Shown one piece after another: positions 12,369-25,503 of a stretch of DNA of 64,000 nt (within the stretch, counting starts at the first letter, position 1; every line of letters starts with the position of its first letter). The notes under the pieces are model-generated. The model ran no database searches and was not told where the DNA came from. It worked only from the letters and a program-made list of their open reading frames with translations. Source of the stretch: Mobula hypostoma. Lineage: Eukaryota. The DNA lies in NCBI RefSeq assembly GCF_963921235.1, contig NC_086118.1, forward strand, positions 28,150,001-28,214,000, read 5' to 3'. Position numbers and translations under genes: made by a program.

Positions 12369-15300
12369 TGGTGTCAGAAGAAATCGCAAAAAAAAAGGAA
12401 GAGAAGACACGTAAAAGATGTCACAGTTACAGCCACCGTCAGGTTTAAGCCTACAAGGTAATCTTGCTGAAAACTGGAAAATGTGGATCCAGAAATTTGA
12501 GCTGTTTTGTATCGCTACCGGCGTAGCTGAAAAGACGGAGAAAGTGCAATGTGCTACGTTTCTGCATGTGGCAGGGGAAGAGACAATAAAAGTTTGCAAC
12601 ACGTTTGTCTTCCAAGAAGATGAACAAGATAAAATTGAAGTGTTGAAAAAAAAGTTTCAAGATTACTGTGAACCGAGAAAAAATCGACTGTACATCTGAC
12701 ATATGTTTTTCATGAGGGCTCAAGGACCAATAGAGACCATAGATACCTATGCAACAGATTTGAAGAACAAGGCAAAAGACTGTGAGTTCGGACAACTGCA
12801 CGACTCTTTAATATGTGACAGGATTGTATGCGGCATATGAGATGAGAGGCAGGCTATTGAGAGAGGCGGATCTTACATTAGAAAAGGCGATTGATGTTTG
12901 CCGTGCCAGCGAGATCATGTCAAGTCAGGTTAAAGTGCTCAATGAAGAGATTGAAGTGCACAAAATAAAAACTGTGAAAACTGACAAGAGCAGGACAAAG
13001 CCAGCTCCACAGGATGATCAAAAGGAAGTTAACTGCAACAGATGTGGTTATAAACATGGATACAGAAAATGTCCAGCCTTTGGTCAGACATGCAAGTTAT
13101 GCTAGAAAAGAAATCACTTTGCAAATATGTGCAAATCGAAGGATCACGCAAGGAATATGCATGCTGTGGAACAGAGTGAGGGCAACAGTGACATGTTCAT
13201 TGGCACAGTTGAAGTGGAACAGGAGGTATGCATCAATAATATTGACAATGCAGAGACGGAGGATGAAGATGATTGGACTCAAGATCTGATAACAAACAGC
13301 AGCTTGACACTGGGGAAAAGTGCAATGTTATGTCAGCAGAAACATTCAACTCACTGGACATCAGAGGAAGACTGAGAAAATCCACCTGCAAGCTTGTTGC
13401 ATATTTCGGCTGCAAGACGGCGCCATTGGGTAAAAAAGCACTCACCTGTGTGTACAAAGGACAAAAACACAAGATGGAGTTTGAAATAGTACAGCAACAT
13501 GTTCCAGCAATAGTGGGCAAAGCAACAGGCACAAAGCTAGGCATGGTGAAGCAAATCTATGGTGTTGAAAAAGAAAATGACATTCTCAAAGACTTTGATG
13601 ACTTGTTTTCTGGATTAGGATGTTTACCAGGGAAACACTATATCCAGATTGATCCAACTATTGCACCAGTCATGCATGCCCTGAGAAAGATTCCAGTAGC
13701 TCTCAGGGATCAAGTAGTGGAGGAGCTACACAGAATGGAACTGATGGGAGTCATAACAAGACAAATAGAACCGACCAACTGGGTGAATAGTATGGTGACA
13801 GTGGTCTCAGAAAAAAAGACAAGGATTTGCATGGATCCACAAGATCTCAACCAAGCCATCAAAAGAGAACACTATCCGCTGCTCATGGTTGAAGAGTTTG
13901 TCTCCCGCATGCCTAATGCGAAATACTTTTCAGTATTAGACGCAAATCAAGGTTTCTGGCAGATCAAGCTGGATGAAGAAAGTTCCAAATTATGCACTTT
14001 CAACACGCCCATAGGGAGATGTCGTTTCCTGTGTCTACCCTTTGGGATTTCTTCTGCATCAGAGGTATTCCAGAGATCCGTGGCACAAATGATTGAAGAC
14101 CTGGACGGGGCGGTCAACATCATTGATGATTTGCTGATATGGGGTGACACAATTGAGGAACATGATCAGAGACTGAGGAAGCTCCTGGAGAGAGCACGTG
14201 AGTACAACCTAAAACTGAACAAAAGTAAATGTAAGATCAGAACTACAGAGATCAAATACATAAGTCATGTACTCAGTGCTGATGGGCTAAAACCAGATGA
14301 TGAAAAGGTCAGAGCTGTGGTACAGCTACCACCACCCAAAGACAAGCAAGAACTATTGAGGTTCATGGGCATGATACAGTATCCTGCCAAATTCACTCCC
14401 AAATTATCAGAGGTCAGTGCTCCACTCCGAAAGCTACTAGAGAGTAACACTGAATGGCCTTAGGAAGACGAAAAAAAGAAAAGTTTTGACACATTGAAGC
14501 TGTTGGTTACCAATGCACCAGCACTCAAGTTCTATGATGTCAATAAACCGGTGACAATGTCTGTGGATGCCATTTCGGAGGGAATAGGAGCTGTTATACT
14601 GCAGGATGGGAGGCCTGTGGTGTATGGATCACGAGCACTTACGGACTCTCAATGCCAATATGCTCAAATTGGGAAGGAATTATTCACCATAGCTTATGAG
14701 TATGAGAAGTTCCACCAATATGTATATGGCAAAGAAATCCAGGTTGAGAGTGATCGCAAACCACTTGACAGCATCTTCAAAAAGCCACTCCACCAAGCTC
14801 CTATGAGGCTGCAAAGGATGCTTCTCAGGCTACAGGGGTACACTCTCACAGTCACCCACAAGCCAGGAAAAGAACTGTACATCGCTGATGCTTTGAGCCG
14901 TGCTTACCTCAAAGAGCAAAAGGAAGAGTTGCTAGGAAGAGAGCTGGAGGTCAACAGGGTTACACCTCAGCTACCCATCTCTGAGAAGTTGAACATGTTC
15001 AGGAAAGCGACTGCAGATGATCCTGAAATGCAAATGCTAAGAGACATTACAATGAATGGATGGCTAACAGAAAGAAAAGATGTTCCAAAGGAAATGCAGA
15101 AATACTGTACATTTAAAGAGGAAATCAGCTATGCATCAGGACTAATGTTCAAAATGGCAAAACTCATCGTACCAAACCAAATGAGACAGGAAATGCTCAA
15201 CAGAGTTCAGGAGTCACACCAGGGGACAGCGAAATGCAAAGAAAGAGCAAGGGACATTCTCTATTGGCCAAGCATGTCAACTCTGATAGAGGACATTGTG

Positions 15301-16542
15301 TCTCAGTGTGCTGTCTGTAATGAAAACAAAAACAGCAATCCAAGAGAGCCTCTGCTTCCCCACACACTACCAGGAAGATTGGCACAGATCTCTTTCACTA
15401 CAATGGTGCAGAATATCTGCTTTGTGTGGACTACTATTCAAAATATCCAGAGATCACCAAGTTAAGTGACATGTCCAGTCGAGGTGAAATTACTGCAATG
15501 AAGTCGCCATTCGCAAGACATGGTATTCCAGATATTGTCGTTAGTGACGATGGTCCACGAATGATGAGTTCAGAGGGTTCTCGGAAAGCTGGGAATTTAA
15601 GCATGTTACTTCTAGTCCAGGGCACGCTCAGTCTAATGGACAAGCAGAGAGAACTGTACAAACTGTCAAGAACATGCTCAAGAAGGCACAAAGCAGCAAC
15701 GGTGACCCTTACATTGCTCTGCTTGAATACCGCAACACACCGATTGAGGGTGTGGAGTTCTCTCCTGTGCAGCTGTTGATGGGACGTCGTCTGAAGTCCA
15801 AACTGCCAACATCCACAACTCTACTGACTCCTGAAGGGAATGCTCAAGTACATGACAAGCAAAAGTACAAGCAAATAAAACAAAAGAGCTACTATGACAG
15901 ACATACAAGACAGTTGCCAGATCTGCATACAGGTGAAAATGTCAGAATACAGAGAGGAAACACTTGATAACCGGCTGTGGTTATGAACAGACATCAGCAA
16001 CCAAGATCGTTCATAGTTCGCACGCCGGATGGAAGAGTCTAGAGGTGGAAAAGGAAACATCTGCTGAAGACAGGCGAGAGGGAGTTTCCACGTACAGATG
16101 CAAAGGACATTTCCACATATACAGACATGAAAACAAATGACACTAAGAGTGATGCAGACCACAGAGACACAGAGGCCACTCGAGAGACTGACACTGATGA
16201 AGGACAAGCACAGTCACAGTTGTATCACACACGGTCTGGGAGACAAGTCAAACTTCCGGCTAGGTACAGAGACTAGACATACTTACAGTCTCACACAGTT
16301 TGAGGCAAAGACACACATGTTATAAGTTCCAAGGTGTGAAATAAAAGGTTTATTAGTCTATAAAAAGTTAGCAAAAGAAAATACAGTGCTGTTAGTATTG
16401 TAAGATACAATGCAGAATACAGTACAAGAAGTTGAGATTTTTTTCAGCTTATGTCATGGCTGTTGCACTGTAAGAAAGGCATACCTAGAGGCATTGTTTT
16501 GGTAATTCACAGTGTTGTAAAAAACAATCTTGAGAAGGGGGC

Positions 16543-16676
16543 TGTAATGTATTGTGTGAGTATTCATAGTGTCAGAGTGTGTATGACATCAGGACGTAGA
16601 GAGGTAAAAATGGAAGTCTGTTGAATAAACGTGGTTGTTCAATCTACAGCGGTGTCCGAGCTACATCAATATTACA
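16543..16676 (+). repeat. 3' LTR of the Gypsy element
   Basis: tgtaat...attaca, directly after the PPT. Confidence 0.95.
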
Positions 16677-16681
16677 GAAAC

Positions 16682-17330
16682 AGGAAGAGCAGGGTGTGGG
16701 AACTATGAGGTTGGTGGCAGTGGATGGGAGATCCCCAGAGCTGATAAAGTCGGTGATGGTGTGGGAGACAATGGCCTGGTGCTGTTTGGTGGGGTCATGA
16801 TCGAAGGGTAAGAAGAGGAGGTATCAGCAAGTTGTCGCTGTGCCTCAGCAAGGTAGAGATCAGTACGCCAGACTACAACAGCGCCCCCCCTTATCAGCGG
16901 GTTTTATAGTAAGGTTAGGATTAGTGCAGAGGGAGTGGAGAGTGCAGACGGTTTGGAAGGAGTAAGGTTGGAATGGGAACAAGGTGCAGTGAAGTCAAGA
17001 TGTTTGATGTCCCATCGGCAGTTAGCAATAAAGAGATCCAGAGCAGGCAGAAGACTAGAGCGGGGTGTCCATGAAGAGGAGGAGGGTTGAAGACGGCAGA
17101 AGGGGTCATCGGTGGGGGTGGGAGAGTCCTTTCTGAAGAAGTAGGCTCGAAGATGGAGCCGGCAGAAAAAGAGTTCAGCGTCATGGCGCTCCGAAACTCT
17201 CTGAGGTGTGGGAAAAGGGGGACAAAGGTGAAGCCCTTACTGAGGACAGAGCGCTGTGCCTCAGAGAGTTGAAGGTTGGAGGGGATGGTAAAGACCCGGC
17301 ATCGATGAGAGCTGGGGTCAGAGGGTCGAA
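16682..17330 (-). mobile_element. Penelope-like element, 5' part (continuation of 10232-12234)
   Basis: Sequence resumes the PLE RT N-terminal region across the gaaac TSD. Right boundary is approximate. Host CR1 fragments flank the PLE at about 10050-10230 and 17335-17550. Confidence 0.75.
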
Positions 17331-17696
17331 GGAGAGGGTGTAGTCTCCATGGATTTTAGTAGGTAGTTTGATAAAGTCCCTCATGGGAGGCTAATCCAGA
17401 AGATTAAGACTCATGGAGTCCACAGTGAACTGGCTTGTGGAGAGAAAACAGAGGGTAGTGGTTGAAGGGATTTATTCGAGCTGTTGGTCTGGAATTACTG
17501 GTGTTTCGCAGAGATTTGTGCTGGGATCTCTACTATTTGTAATGATTAGAAATTATCTGAACAGAAGATGACGCCAGTGAAAAATGATTCCTTGGGTGAC
17601 ATCTTGCAGATAGTCAAACATTTCAGTTTTTCTACATCTTCTACTTAATCTTTTTAATCTTACTTTTGTTTTTGAAACTGTCAGCCAGTGACTTAC

Positions 17697-17801
17697 AGTC
17701 TGTAGTCCGATCGAGCGAGCTAGCACTCTGCTGTACCCAATAAAACTCTGGAAGAGAAATGTGAGCACGAGGAGAAGCTCAGAGATGAGATGAGGGGCCA
17801 T
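17697..17801 (-). CDS. Candidate first coding exon (signal peptide) of an unidentified secreted or membrane protein
   Basis: MAPHLISELLLVLTFLFQSFIGYSRVLARSIGLQT. ATG context atcATGG. Perfect phase-0 donor ACT|gtaagt (17696-17691). Upstream acceptor tcttctttaatactttaatcag ending at 17819. Non-repetitive island between CR1 fragments. Confidence 0.5.
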
Positions 17802-17834
17802 GATCAACTAAATTTCTCCTGATTAAAGTATTAA

Positions 17835-18190
17835 AGAAGATTGACAGAGGTTTATAAGGTTATGAGCGGCATAGGTAGGGTGGACAGAGAGTATCTGTTT
17901 CCCGGGGTTGAAATGCCTAATACCAGAGGGCATGCAATGAAGGTGAGAGGGGATAAGTTCAAGAGAAATCTAAGAGGCAAGTTTTTTACTCAGAGCGTTT
18001 TGGATGCCTGGAATGCACTCCTTGCTATGGAGGTAAAGGTAAATACATTAGAAGCTTTTAAGGGACGTTTGGATAGATGCATGGATGTAAGGAAGATGCA
18101 GGGATATGGATGGTGCAGGTAGGAAGGATTAGTGCTTTTGATTGACACAACATTGTGGGCTGATTGGCCTGTTCTTATGCTGTACTCTTC
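17835..18190 (+). mobile_element. CR1 LINE 3' fragment
   Basis: TEVYKVMSGIGRVD...TRGH...FFTQ..WNAL, typical of the CR1 ORF2 C-terminus. Confidence 0.8.
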
Positions 18191-18898
18191 AGTGATCTGC
18201 TCTATACGCAAGTAAAGCTCATGAATTGCTGTTATAGCCCACATCAAGGGCAGATTGAAAATAACACCTTTCAAATAAAATATCTGATTTAATAAAACAA
18301 TGATATTTGAATTCTCCAATTTAAGTCTTGTTAAATCTGCAGTTGTCCATGTTCATCAATTGATCCCAGAATCTTGATGAGGTGGTACCCTCTGTCCTTG
18401 GTTCTGACAGCTGAGGAAGACAGCTAATCAATCAAATTACAATTACTGTATTCTGAGGCAACTGCATAAAACGAGCAGCTGAAAGAAGACAGCAGCAGTC
18501 TGACCTTCCAGTTCTATCGCAGCTTATCAAAAGAAAGTGACAGATATTCTGAAGTCCAGCTTGAGGCTCATATATCACAAGGTGGAAAAATTATTTTTAC
18601 CTATGTAATCAGGACATCTGCAACGATGAGATGAAGATATCTGAAATGTCGGCTTTTATTGTTCATCTCTAATTGCCACTCATCTGAGGAAATAATTAAC
18701 AGAAAGGTGAGAGAGGAGGAACTTAATAGGAACCTGAGGGGGAATTTTACACTCAGATGGTGGTCTCTATACGGAATGAGTTGCCGGAGTTCGTGGTTGA
18801 GACAGGTAAGGTAGCAGCATTTAAAGGACACTTGGAAAATATGTGGGTAGGAAAGGTTTGAAGAGATATACACTAAATGCAGGTAAATGGGACTAGTT

Positions 18899-21250
18899 AA
18901 CCAGGCCAACCTCAGAAAGGCGCTGCCAAAGTTATACCAACATGTCTCCTGCCCCACTAGAGGTCGGAATATACTTGACCACTGCTACACAGCAGTCAAG
19001 GATGCCTACCGTTCCGTCCGATGACCTCACTTTGGATAATCGGACCAGCAGGCCGTACTCGTCCTCCCGGCTTACAAACAGAAACTGAAGCGGGAGGTCA
19101 TGGTGTCAAAAGTGGTGTCGCATTGGACGGAGGAAACGGATGAGGTCCTCCGTGACTGCTTTGAATCGGTGGACTGGTTAGTATTCAAGGACTCAGCAGC
19201 TAACCTCGATGAGTATGCCTCAGCTGTCACGGACTTTATCTGGAAATGCACAGAGGACTGTGTGTCTTGCAACTCGATCCTGGTATTCCCTACCCGGAAA
19301 CCTTGGATGAATTATGAGGTCAAGTCCCTTTTAAAGGCTAGAGCTGCGGCTTTTAGGTCCGGGGACACCAGTCGCTACACGGAATCCAGGCATGAACTCT
19401 AGAAAGCCATTAAGGGCGCCAAGAGGCAATATCGAGCCAAGTTGGAAGCCCAGGCTAACCAGAGGGATGCCAGTAGACTATGGCAGGGTCTAAATGAGAT
19501 CGCTGGGCGCAAAGAAAAGGCTGGGTATATCAATAACCGTGGCGCTTCTCCTCCTGACGAACTTAATGTATTCTACGTAAGATTCGAACAGAAGAGGAGC
19601 GTCCCGCTCCCTCCGGATGAACCGGACCTGCTGGCATCGAGATTCATCATCACCAAGGAGGACGTTAGAAGGGCTTTCCTGAGGATAAATCCAAGGAAGT
19701 TGACGGGCCCAGATGGCGTCCCAGGACGGGTTCTCCAGGCCTGTGCAGGCGAGCTAGCTGGAGTGTTTGCTGACATCTTCAACTACTCCTTGCATCAGTC
19801 TAAGATTCCCTCGTGGTTTAAGAAGGCAATAATGATCCCAGTGCTGAAGAAGAGCAAGGTGGCATGCCTGAATGACTATCGATCTGTGGCTCTGACATCA
19901 ATTGCTATGAAGTGCTTCGAGCAATTGGTTATGGCACACATCAATCACAGCCTACCGGTCAACCTCGACGCTTTGCAATTCACCTACTGGAGCAACAGGT
20001 CAATGGCAGATGCCATCTCTCTGGCCCTACATTCCTCCTTAGAACACCTGGAGAATAAAGACGCATACGTAAGGCTCCTTTATTTGACTACAGCTCTGCC
20101 TTTAATACCATCATTCCAAATAAACTGATTGCTAAGCTCCGGAACCTGGGCCTTAGCACTCAGATCTGCAGCTGGATCTTCAACTTCCTCACAGACAGGA
20201 CCCAGGCTGTAAAAATAGGGGACAAGCTCTCCTCTACAATCACTCTCAGTACTGGTGCCCCACAAGGCTATGTACTCAGACCCCTGCTGTACTCACTGTA
20301 CACCCATGATTGTGTAGCCAAGTTTCCATCAAACTCAATATATAAGTTTGCTGATGACGCAATTGTAGGCGGTATCTCAGGTAATGAGGAGTTTGAGTAC
20401 AGAGAGGAAATTAAGAACCTGGTGGCATGGTGTGAAGACAATAACCTATCCCTCAATGTCAGCAAGACGAAGGAATTGGTTGTTGATTTCAGAAGGAGTA
20501 GTGGACCGCACGACCCAATTTACATCGGTGGTGCGCAAGTGGAACGGGTCAAAAGCTTTAAGTTCCTCGGGGTCAATATCACAAATGACGTGATTTGGTC
20601 CAACCAAGCACAGTTCACTGCCAAGAAGGCCCACCAGTGCCTTTACTTCCTGAGAAAGCAAAAGAAATTTGGCCTGTCCCCTAAAACCCTCACTAATTTG
20701 TATAGATGTACCATAGAAAGAATTCTTCTAGGGTGCATCACAACCTGGTATGGAAGTTGTCCTGTCCAAGACCGAAAGAAGCTGCAGAAGATTGTGAACA
20801 CAGCATAGCACATCCCACAAACCAATCTTCCGTCCTTGGACTCACTTTACACCGCACGCTGTCAGAGCAGTGCTGCCAGGATAATCAAGGACACGACCCA
20901 CCCAGCCAACACACTTTTCGTCCCTCTTCCCACCGGGAGAAGGTCAGGAGGTTGACGACTCATATGGCCAGATTTGGGAACAGCTTCTTTCCAACTGAGA
21001 TAAGACTGCTGAATGGATCCTGACCCAGATCTAGGCCGTACCCTCCAAATATCCGGACCTGCATCTCGGTTTTTTTGCAACACCTTACTTTCCATTTTTC
21101 TATTTTCTCTTTATGATTTATAATTAAAATTTTTAATATTTACTATCAAGTCGTAATCCAGGGAGTGGGAAGTGCAGAATCAAGTATCACTATGATAAGT
21201 GTAGGTTCTAGTATCAATTGTTTGGCGACAATAAAGAATAAAGTATAAAG
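18899..21250 (+). mobile_element. 5'-truncated Rex1/Babar-like LINE, inserted in a CR1 3' fragment
   Basis: APE end (HVSCPTRG..LDHCYT), RT motifs CLNDYRSVALTSIAMKCFE, GAPQG and KFADD, C-terminal [22 protein letters not shown]. Tail aataaagaataaagtataaag. CR1 sequence on both sides (about 18705-18898 and 21251-21322). Confidence 0.8.
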
Positions 21251-21499
21251 TAGTTTAGATGGGCACCTTGGTTGGCATGGGCTGAAGGGCCAGGTTCTTA
21301 GCTCAGTGACTCTGAGTCTATGAAAGTTAACTATTCAACTGTTTGATGCAGAATTTAAACATCTACTGCATGTTCTCCATCATACATACTGACTAATTAT
21401 TAATTAAGTCCATAGTTTTCATCTTCTCTTATTCAGAAGAAAAAAGGTAGTTGCATTACATTTTCACTCTCCTTCCCACTTTCACACCAACCTATCTGA

Positions 21500-24410
21500 C
21501 CCTACACCTTCTCCATTGCTATTAGAAGAAATTGGAAGAATAACATTTCATAGTGGTCCCAGTAGCCAAGAAGAATGGGTCTGTCAGGATCTGTGGTGAT
21601 TTTGAGGTCACCATTAACCCAGTACTGAAAGTAGTTCAATACTCTTTGCTTAGGATACAGGATATCTTTGCAAACATTTCTGGAGGGAAACACTTCAAGA
21701 AATAGGACATAGCTGAAGCCTACCTACAGATGGAGATGAAAGAAGAGTCCAATGTGTTTCTCACAAGGAACACTCACACAGGGCTTTATCTCTATAATAA
21801 GCTTAATTCTGGAGAGAATCTGCACCTCTACTCTGGCAGAAAGCTATGGACCAGGCGCTACAAGGCTGCTCAGGCACTCAGTGTTACCCGGGTGACAACA
21901 TTGTTACTGATAAGGATGACAAGGAACATCTCCAAAATCGCACAACAATGTTATAAAGAGTAGAAGATTATGGCCTCGGGGCACAATGCAACAAGTATAA
22001 ATTATTTAAACCAAGCATCACTTACAGTTCTCACACCACTGAGCACAAGAATTACACAAGTGTCCTGAGAAAATTCAAGCAGTGGTGGGTGTCCCAAGGC
22101 CTAGGATGTTCTGTAGGTGCAGTGCTTTATAGGATGTGTCAATTACTTTGACAGGTTCCTGCCAAGCCTGGCTACTGTGCTCCTCTCCTTGATCTCATTA
22201 CTACAGATCAGGCACAAATGACAATGGACAAAGCAGCATAAGGTGGCTTTCCAAAAGGCAAAGCAAATGGTGACGTCAGACACTGTACTCATACATTATG
22301 GTCCACATTGTCCAGTGAAGTTTGCCTGTAACACCATGGCTTATGTTACAGGTACAGTTATGTCATATGTTATGAGTGATGGAAGTGAACGCTCAATAGT
22401 CTTTACATCACGTTCCCTTACCATTGCAGAGAAAAGTTACGCACAGGTTGACAGAGAGGCCTTGAGTCTGGTTTGGGGTGTAAAAGATTTCAACCGGAAC
22501 TTGTTTGGGACAGTGTTTACACTCATTACTGATCATCATTCACTAGTGTTCATTTTCAATCCACAGTAAGGTGTTCCACTAACAGTAGCACCAACACAGA
22601 GAAAGGCTCTGATTCTTGGAGGATACGGTGACAAGATCAAATTGAAGAGGACAAGTAATCATGAAAATGCTGGTGGATTTTCCCATTCACACTTGGCAAA
22701 GGAAATTCCCGATGAAATTTACAAAAGAGGACACTCCTCTTGATGCATTCTCCCTAATGCAAATTGAAAGTTTCCCTATCACAGCAGAGATGACCCAAAG
22801 GGAAACCAAACAGGACTCCACACTGTCTAAGGTCTATATGGTCATTCAAAATGGCTGGAATGTGAGCAGAATTTCCATTATCCCATTTTTACCGGTGCCA
22901 GGATGAACTTGCCTTTGACGGGGGTTGTCTTATGTGGGGATTATACTGTTGTACTGTTCAAGCTGAGAGCTAAAGTGTTGGGGGTGCTACATGCTAGTTA
23001 TCCAGGCATGGTCAAGAATGTCTGGCGGCCTGGGATAGATCAGCAGATCAAGCAGCTTGCCATTCACTGTTCAGGATGCCAACACATCCAGGTGATGCCA
23101 AGAGCAGCACCTCTCCATCCCTTGGAATGGCCTACAGTACTCTAGTAGAGGATTCATGTGGATTTTGCCGGGTGGACACAAATTTCTTGTCAGTAGTGGA
23201 TGCATCTTCAAAGAGGCCAGAAGTGTTCCCAATGGCCTCCACTACAACCTCACACACTGTTGACATACCGAGAAGCCTCTTCTCAAGGACTGGTGTTCCA
23301 GAACACTTAGTTGGTGACAAAGGACCACAGTTTGTTGTGGAACAGTTCCAGTCATTCCTGAAAATGAAGGGAATAAAGCATACTACATCTACACCATACC
23401 ACCCAGCTACAAACAAATTGGTGGAAAGGGGTGACCAGAGTCAAAAGGACATACTGTGAACAATACCTGCAGAACACACTACACCAACACTGAATCAGAA
23501 GCTTGCCATTTTCCTCCTTGCCCATTGCAATGCAGCACATTCCACAACTGACAACTCACCAGCTATGCTGTTCCTCGGTCAACACTTAACCTCATGCATG
23601 GGTCTCCTCAAACCCAATATCAGAAAGAGTATGCAGGTCAAACAGTTGAGACAAATTGAGGGCTCCTCAAACAAGAAGGTTAGATGCTTTACTGCTTGAC
23701 AAGAAGTCCTGCAAGTAACTACAGAGATCAAAAGTGGGTAGTTGGAAAGATTACGCACAGATCTAGACCACTCCCCTACACAGTGGATACTGCATCTGAT
23801 GTCATTTGGAGATGGCACATCGATCAGTTGAGGAGATTAGAGTTAGAGAAGGAAGGAGTCCAGAGCTGTCAGAACCACTTCCTGCAGACCCAGAGTCAGC
23901 TCCTACAACCACCACAGAGGAGGCCTAGAAAGCAGAGATTGTTTCACAGTCTCTCCAACTAAGCAAAGTAACACCCACCTCCCCCACCCCATAAGGGTAA
24001 GAAATCTTCCACAGCAATTAAATCTTTTGGCCTGAATGGGACAATTTAAAATTTACTAAATTGTGAATGTCTATATAGTAGCATGTATTAAATAGTGTAC
24101 TATATATATAGATGTCTGGAGAGGAATATGTTAAATATTCAAGTGAAGATGCATTCTATAGTGAATTGGATTTTATAGCTTAGCAGGGAGGAGTGCAGTG
24201 TATATGTTATTTCGGTAATATTTGAGCAATAATTTAAATATATTGTTTTATTAAGCATTCTTTGTTTACATATTTTGTAATGGAGTACATGGAAGAAGTA
24301 CATGAATGACATTCATCAGTATGCTACCACATCATTTGTGAGCGACTTATTCAAGGAAAAATTTGGTAGACATGTTTCCTTTTGATTAGTTTCTGGAGTT
24401 ATAAAACATT
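21500..24410 (+). mobile_element. Old degenerate Ty3/Gypsy fragment (RT, RNase H, integrase, PPT, probable 3' LTR)
   Basis: RNase H SRSLTIAEKSYAQVDREALSLVWGV; integrase WRPGIDQQIK..C..C, GVPEHLVGDKGPQF and PYHPATN; purine tract agcagggaggag near 24182. Confidence 0.75.
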
Positions 24411-25109
24411 TGCTCCAAAGGTGCTGCTTTGTGTTCTTCCAATGTTCTGGTTTTATTTGCTTTTTCTGAACTTTGATTGATTATACATTTTAACTGGTCT
24501 TCCTGATATTCCTCCTTAAATTTCAATTATTCTCCTCGAGCTCTGAAGCTTGCTGATACAGAACTTCATTCATAAAACCACAACCTCGTTGTCCACGTCA
24601 CCAAAGAGGGTGATATATCAGGGAACCACAGACATGTTGTTGCCATGACCACCTTAAAAAATAAGGTAGATCTGACTTTGGTAACTCCATCACTGTCATC
24701 TAGCTGTCTATGATATGGACTGTATCCTCAACTATATCCTCCCAATGACTAATGAGCAGCATGGAGTCATACACTAAGAGCCACTATGATACTGATCTTC
24801 ACCATGTAACAATCCTAGAGAAATACAAGAAATGGTACTGACCTCCCCAAAGTTTTTAAATGTACCATCAGGGAAGGACGGCGGAAGATTTTACTCAAAT
24901 TCGGCTGAAACAGACCCACTTTATGATCAATTCATTCACTGGAAGGAGTAGCCAAAGGGAGAGAGAATATTATTCATGCTCAAAGAAATGGAGCATCCCC
25001 ACTGAAGATGGAGAAGAAGAACTCAGGATGGAGAATGTTGGGTCCATGCGATCAGAAAAGCCCAGCACATGGTAGAAAGTAGATTTTTTTTATTTCTGCA
25101 TTTTCTTTA

Positions 25110-25310
25110 AATTTAGAGATACAACACAGTAACTGGCCTTTCTGGCCCAATGAGCTGGCTTACACAGATGATGCCAATTAACCTACAACCTGTACCTCTC
25201 TAATGTGGAAGAAAACCAAAACAGAAGAAGTACATACAAACTCCCTGTGGACAGCAGTGGGAATTGAACTGGGACACTGTCACTGTAATAGCATTGCACT
25301 AATTTCGACA
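25110..25310 (-). mobile_element. V-SINE-like remnant
   Basis: Reverse-complement similarity to the SINE at 1985-2262 (gggaattgaac B-box-like segment, decayed V core). Confidence 0.45.
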
Positions 25311-25503
25311 CTAAAATACACCCCAGATATCCCCTAGCTGACAATCCCATCAGGTTCTTTTCCCCATCTGCAGAGGAGTCCACATTTCTCACATTAGTCT
25401 CATCAGTCATCTCAGAACCAATATGATGAAGGAAGATGATTACTTATCGGAAGGGAAATCGATGGGTAACTGAGAGAAAATGAGTTGGAGGACTGTGGGG
25501 AAT

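Larger units (their letters stand above)
12235..16676 (+). mobile_element. Full-length Ty3/Gypsy LTR retrotransposon (Mag-like), ORFs disrupted
   Basis: 134-bp LTRs at 12235-12368 and 16543-16676. 5-bp TSD gaaac (12230-12234, 16677-16681). PBS tggtgtcagaag 12369-12380 (tRNA-Leu type). PPT gagaaggggg 16532-16541. gag with CCHC (CNRCGYKH), PR LDTG, RT IIDD, RNase H and integrase in Gypsy order. Confidence 0.95.
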
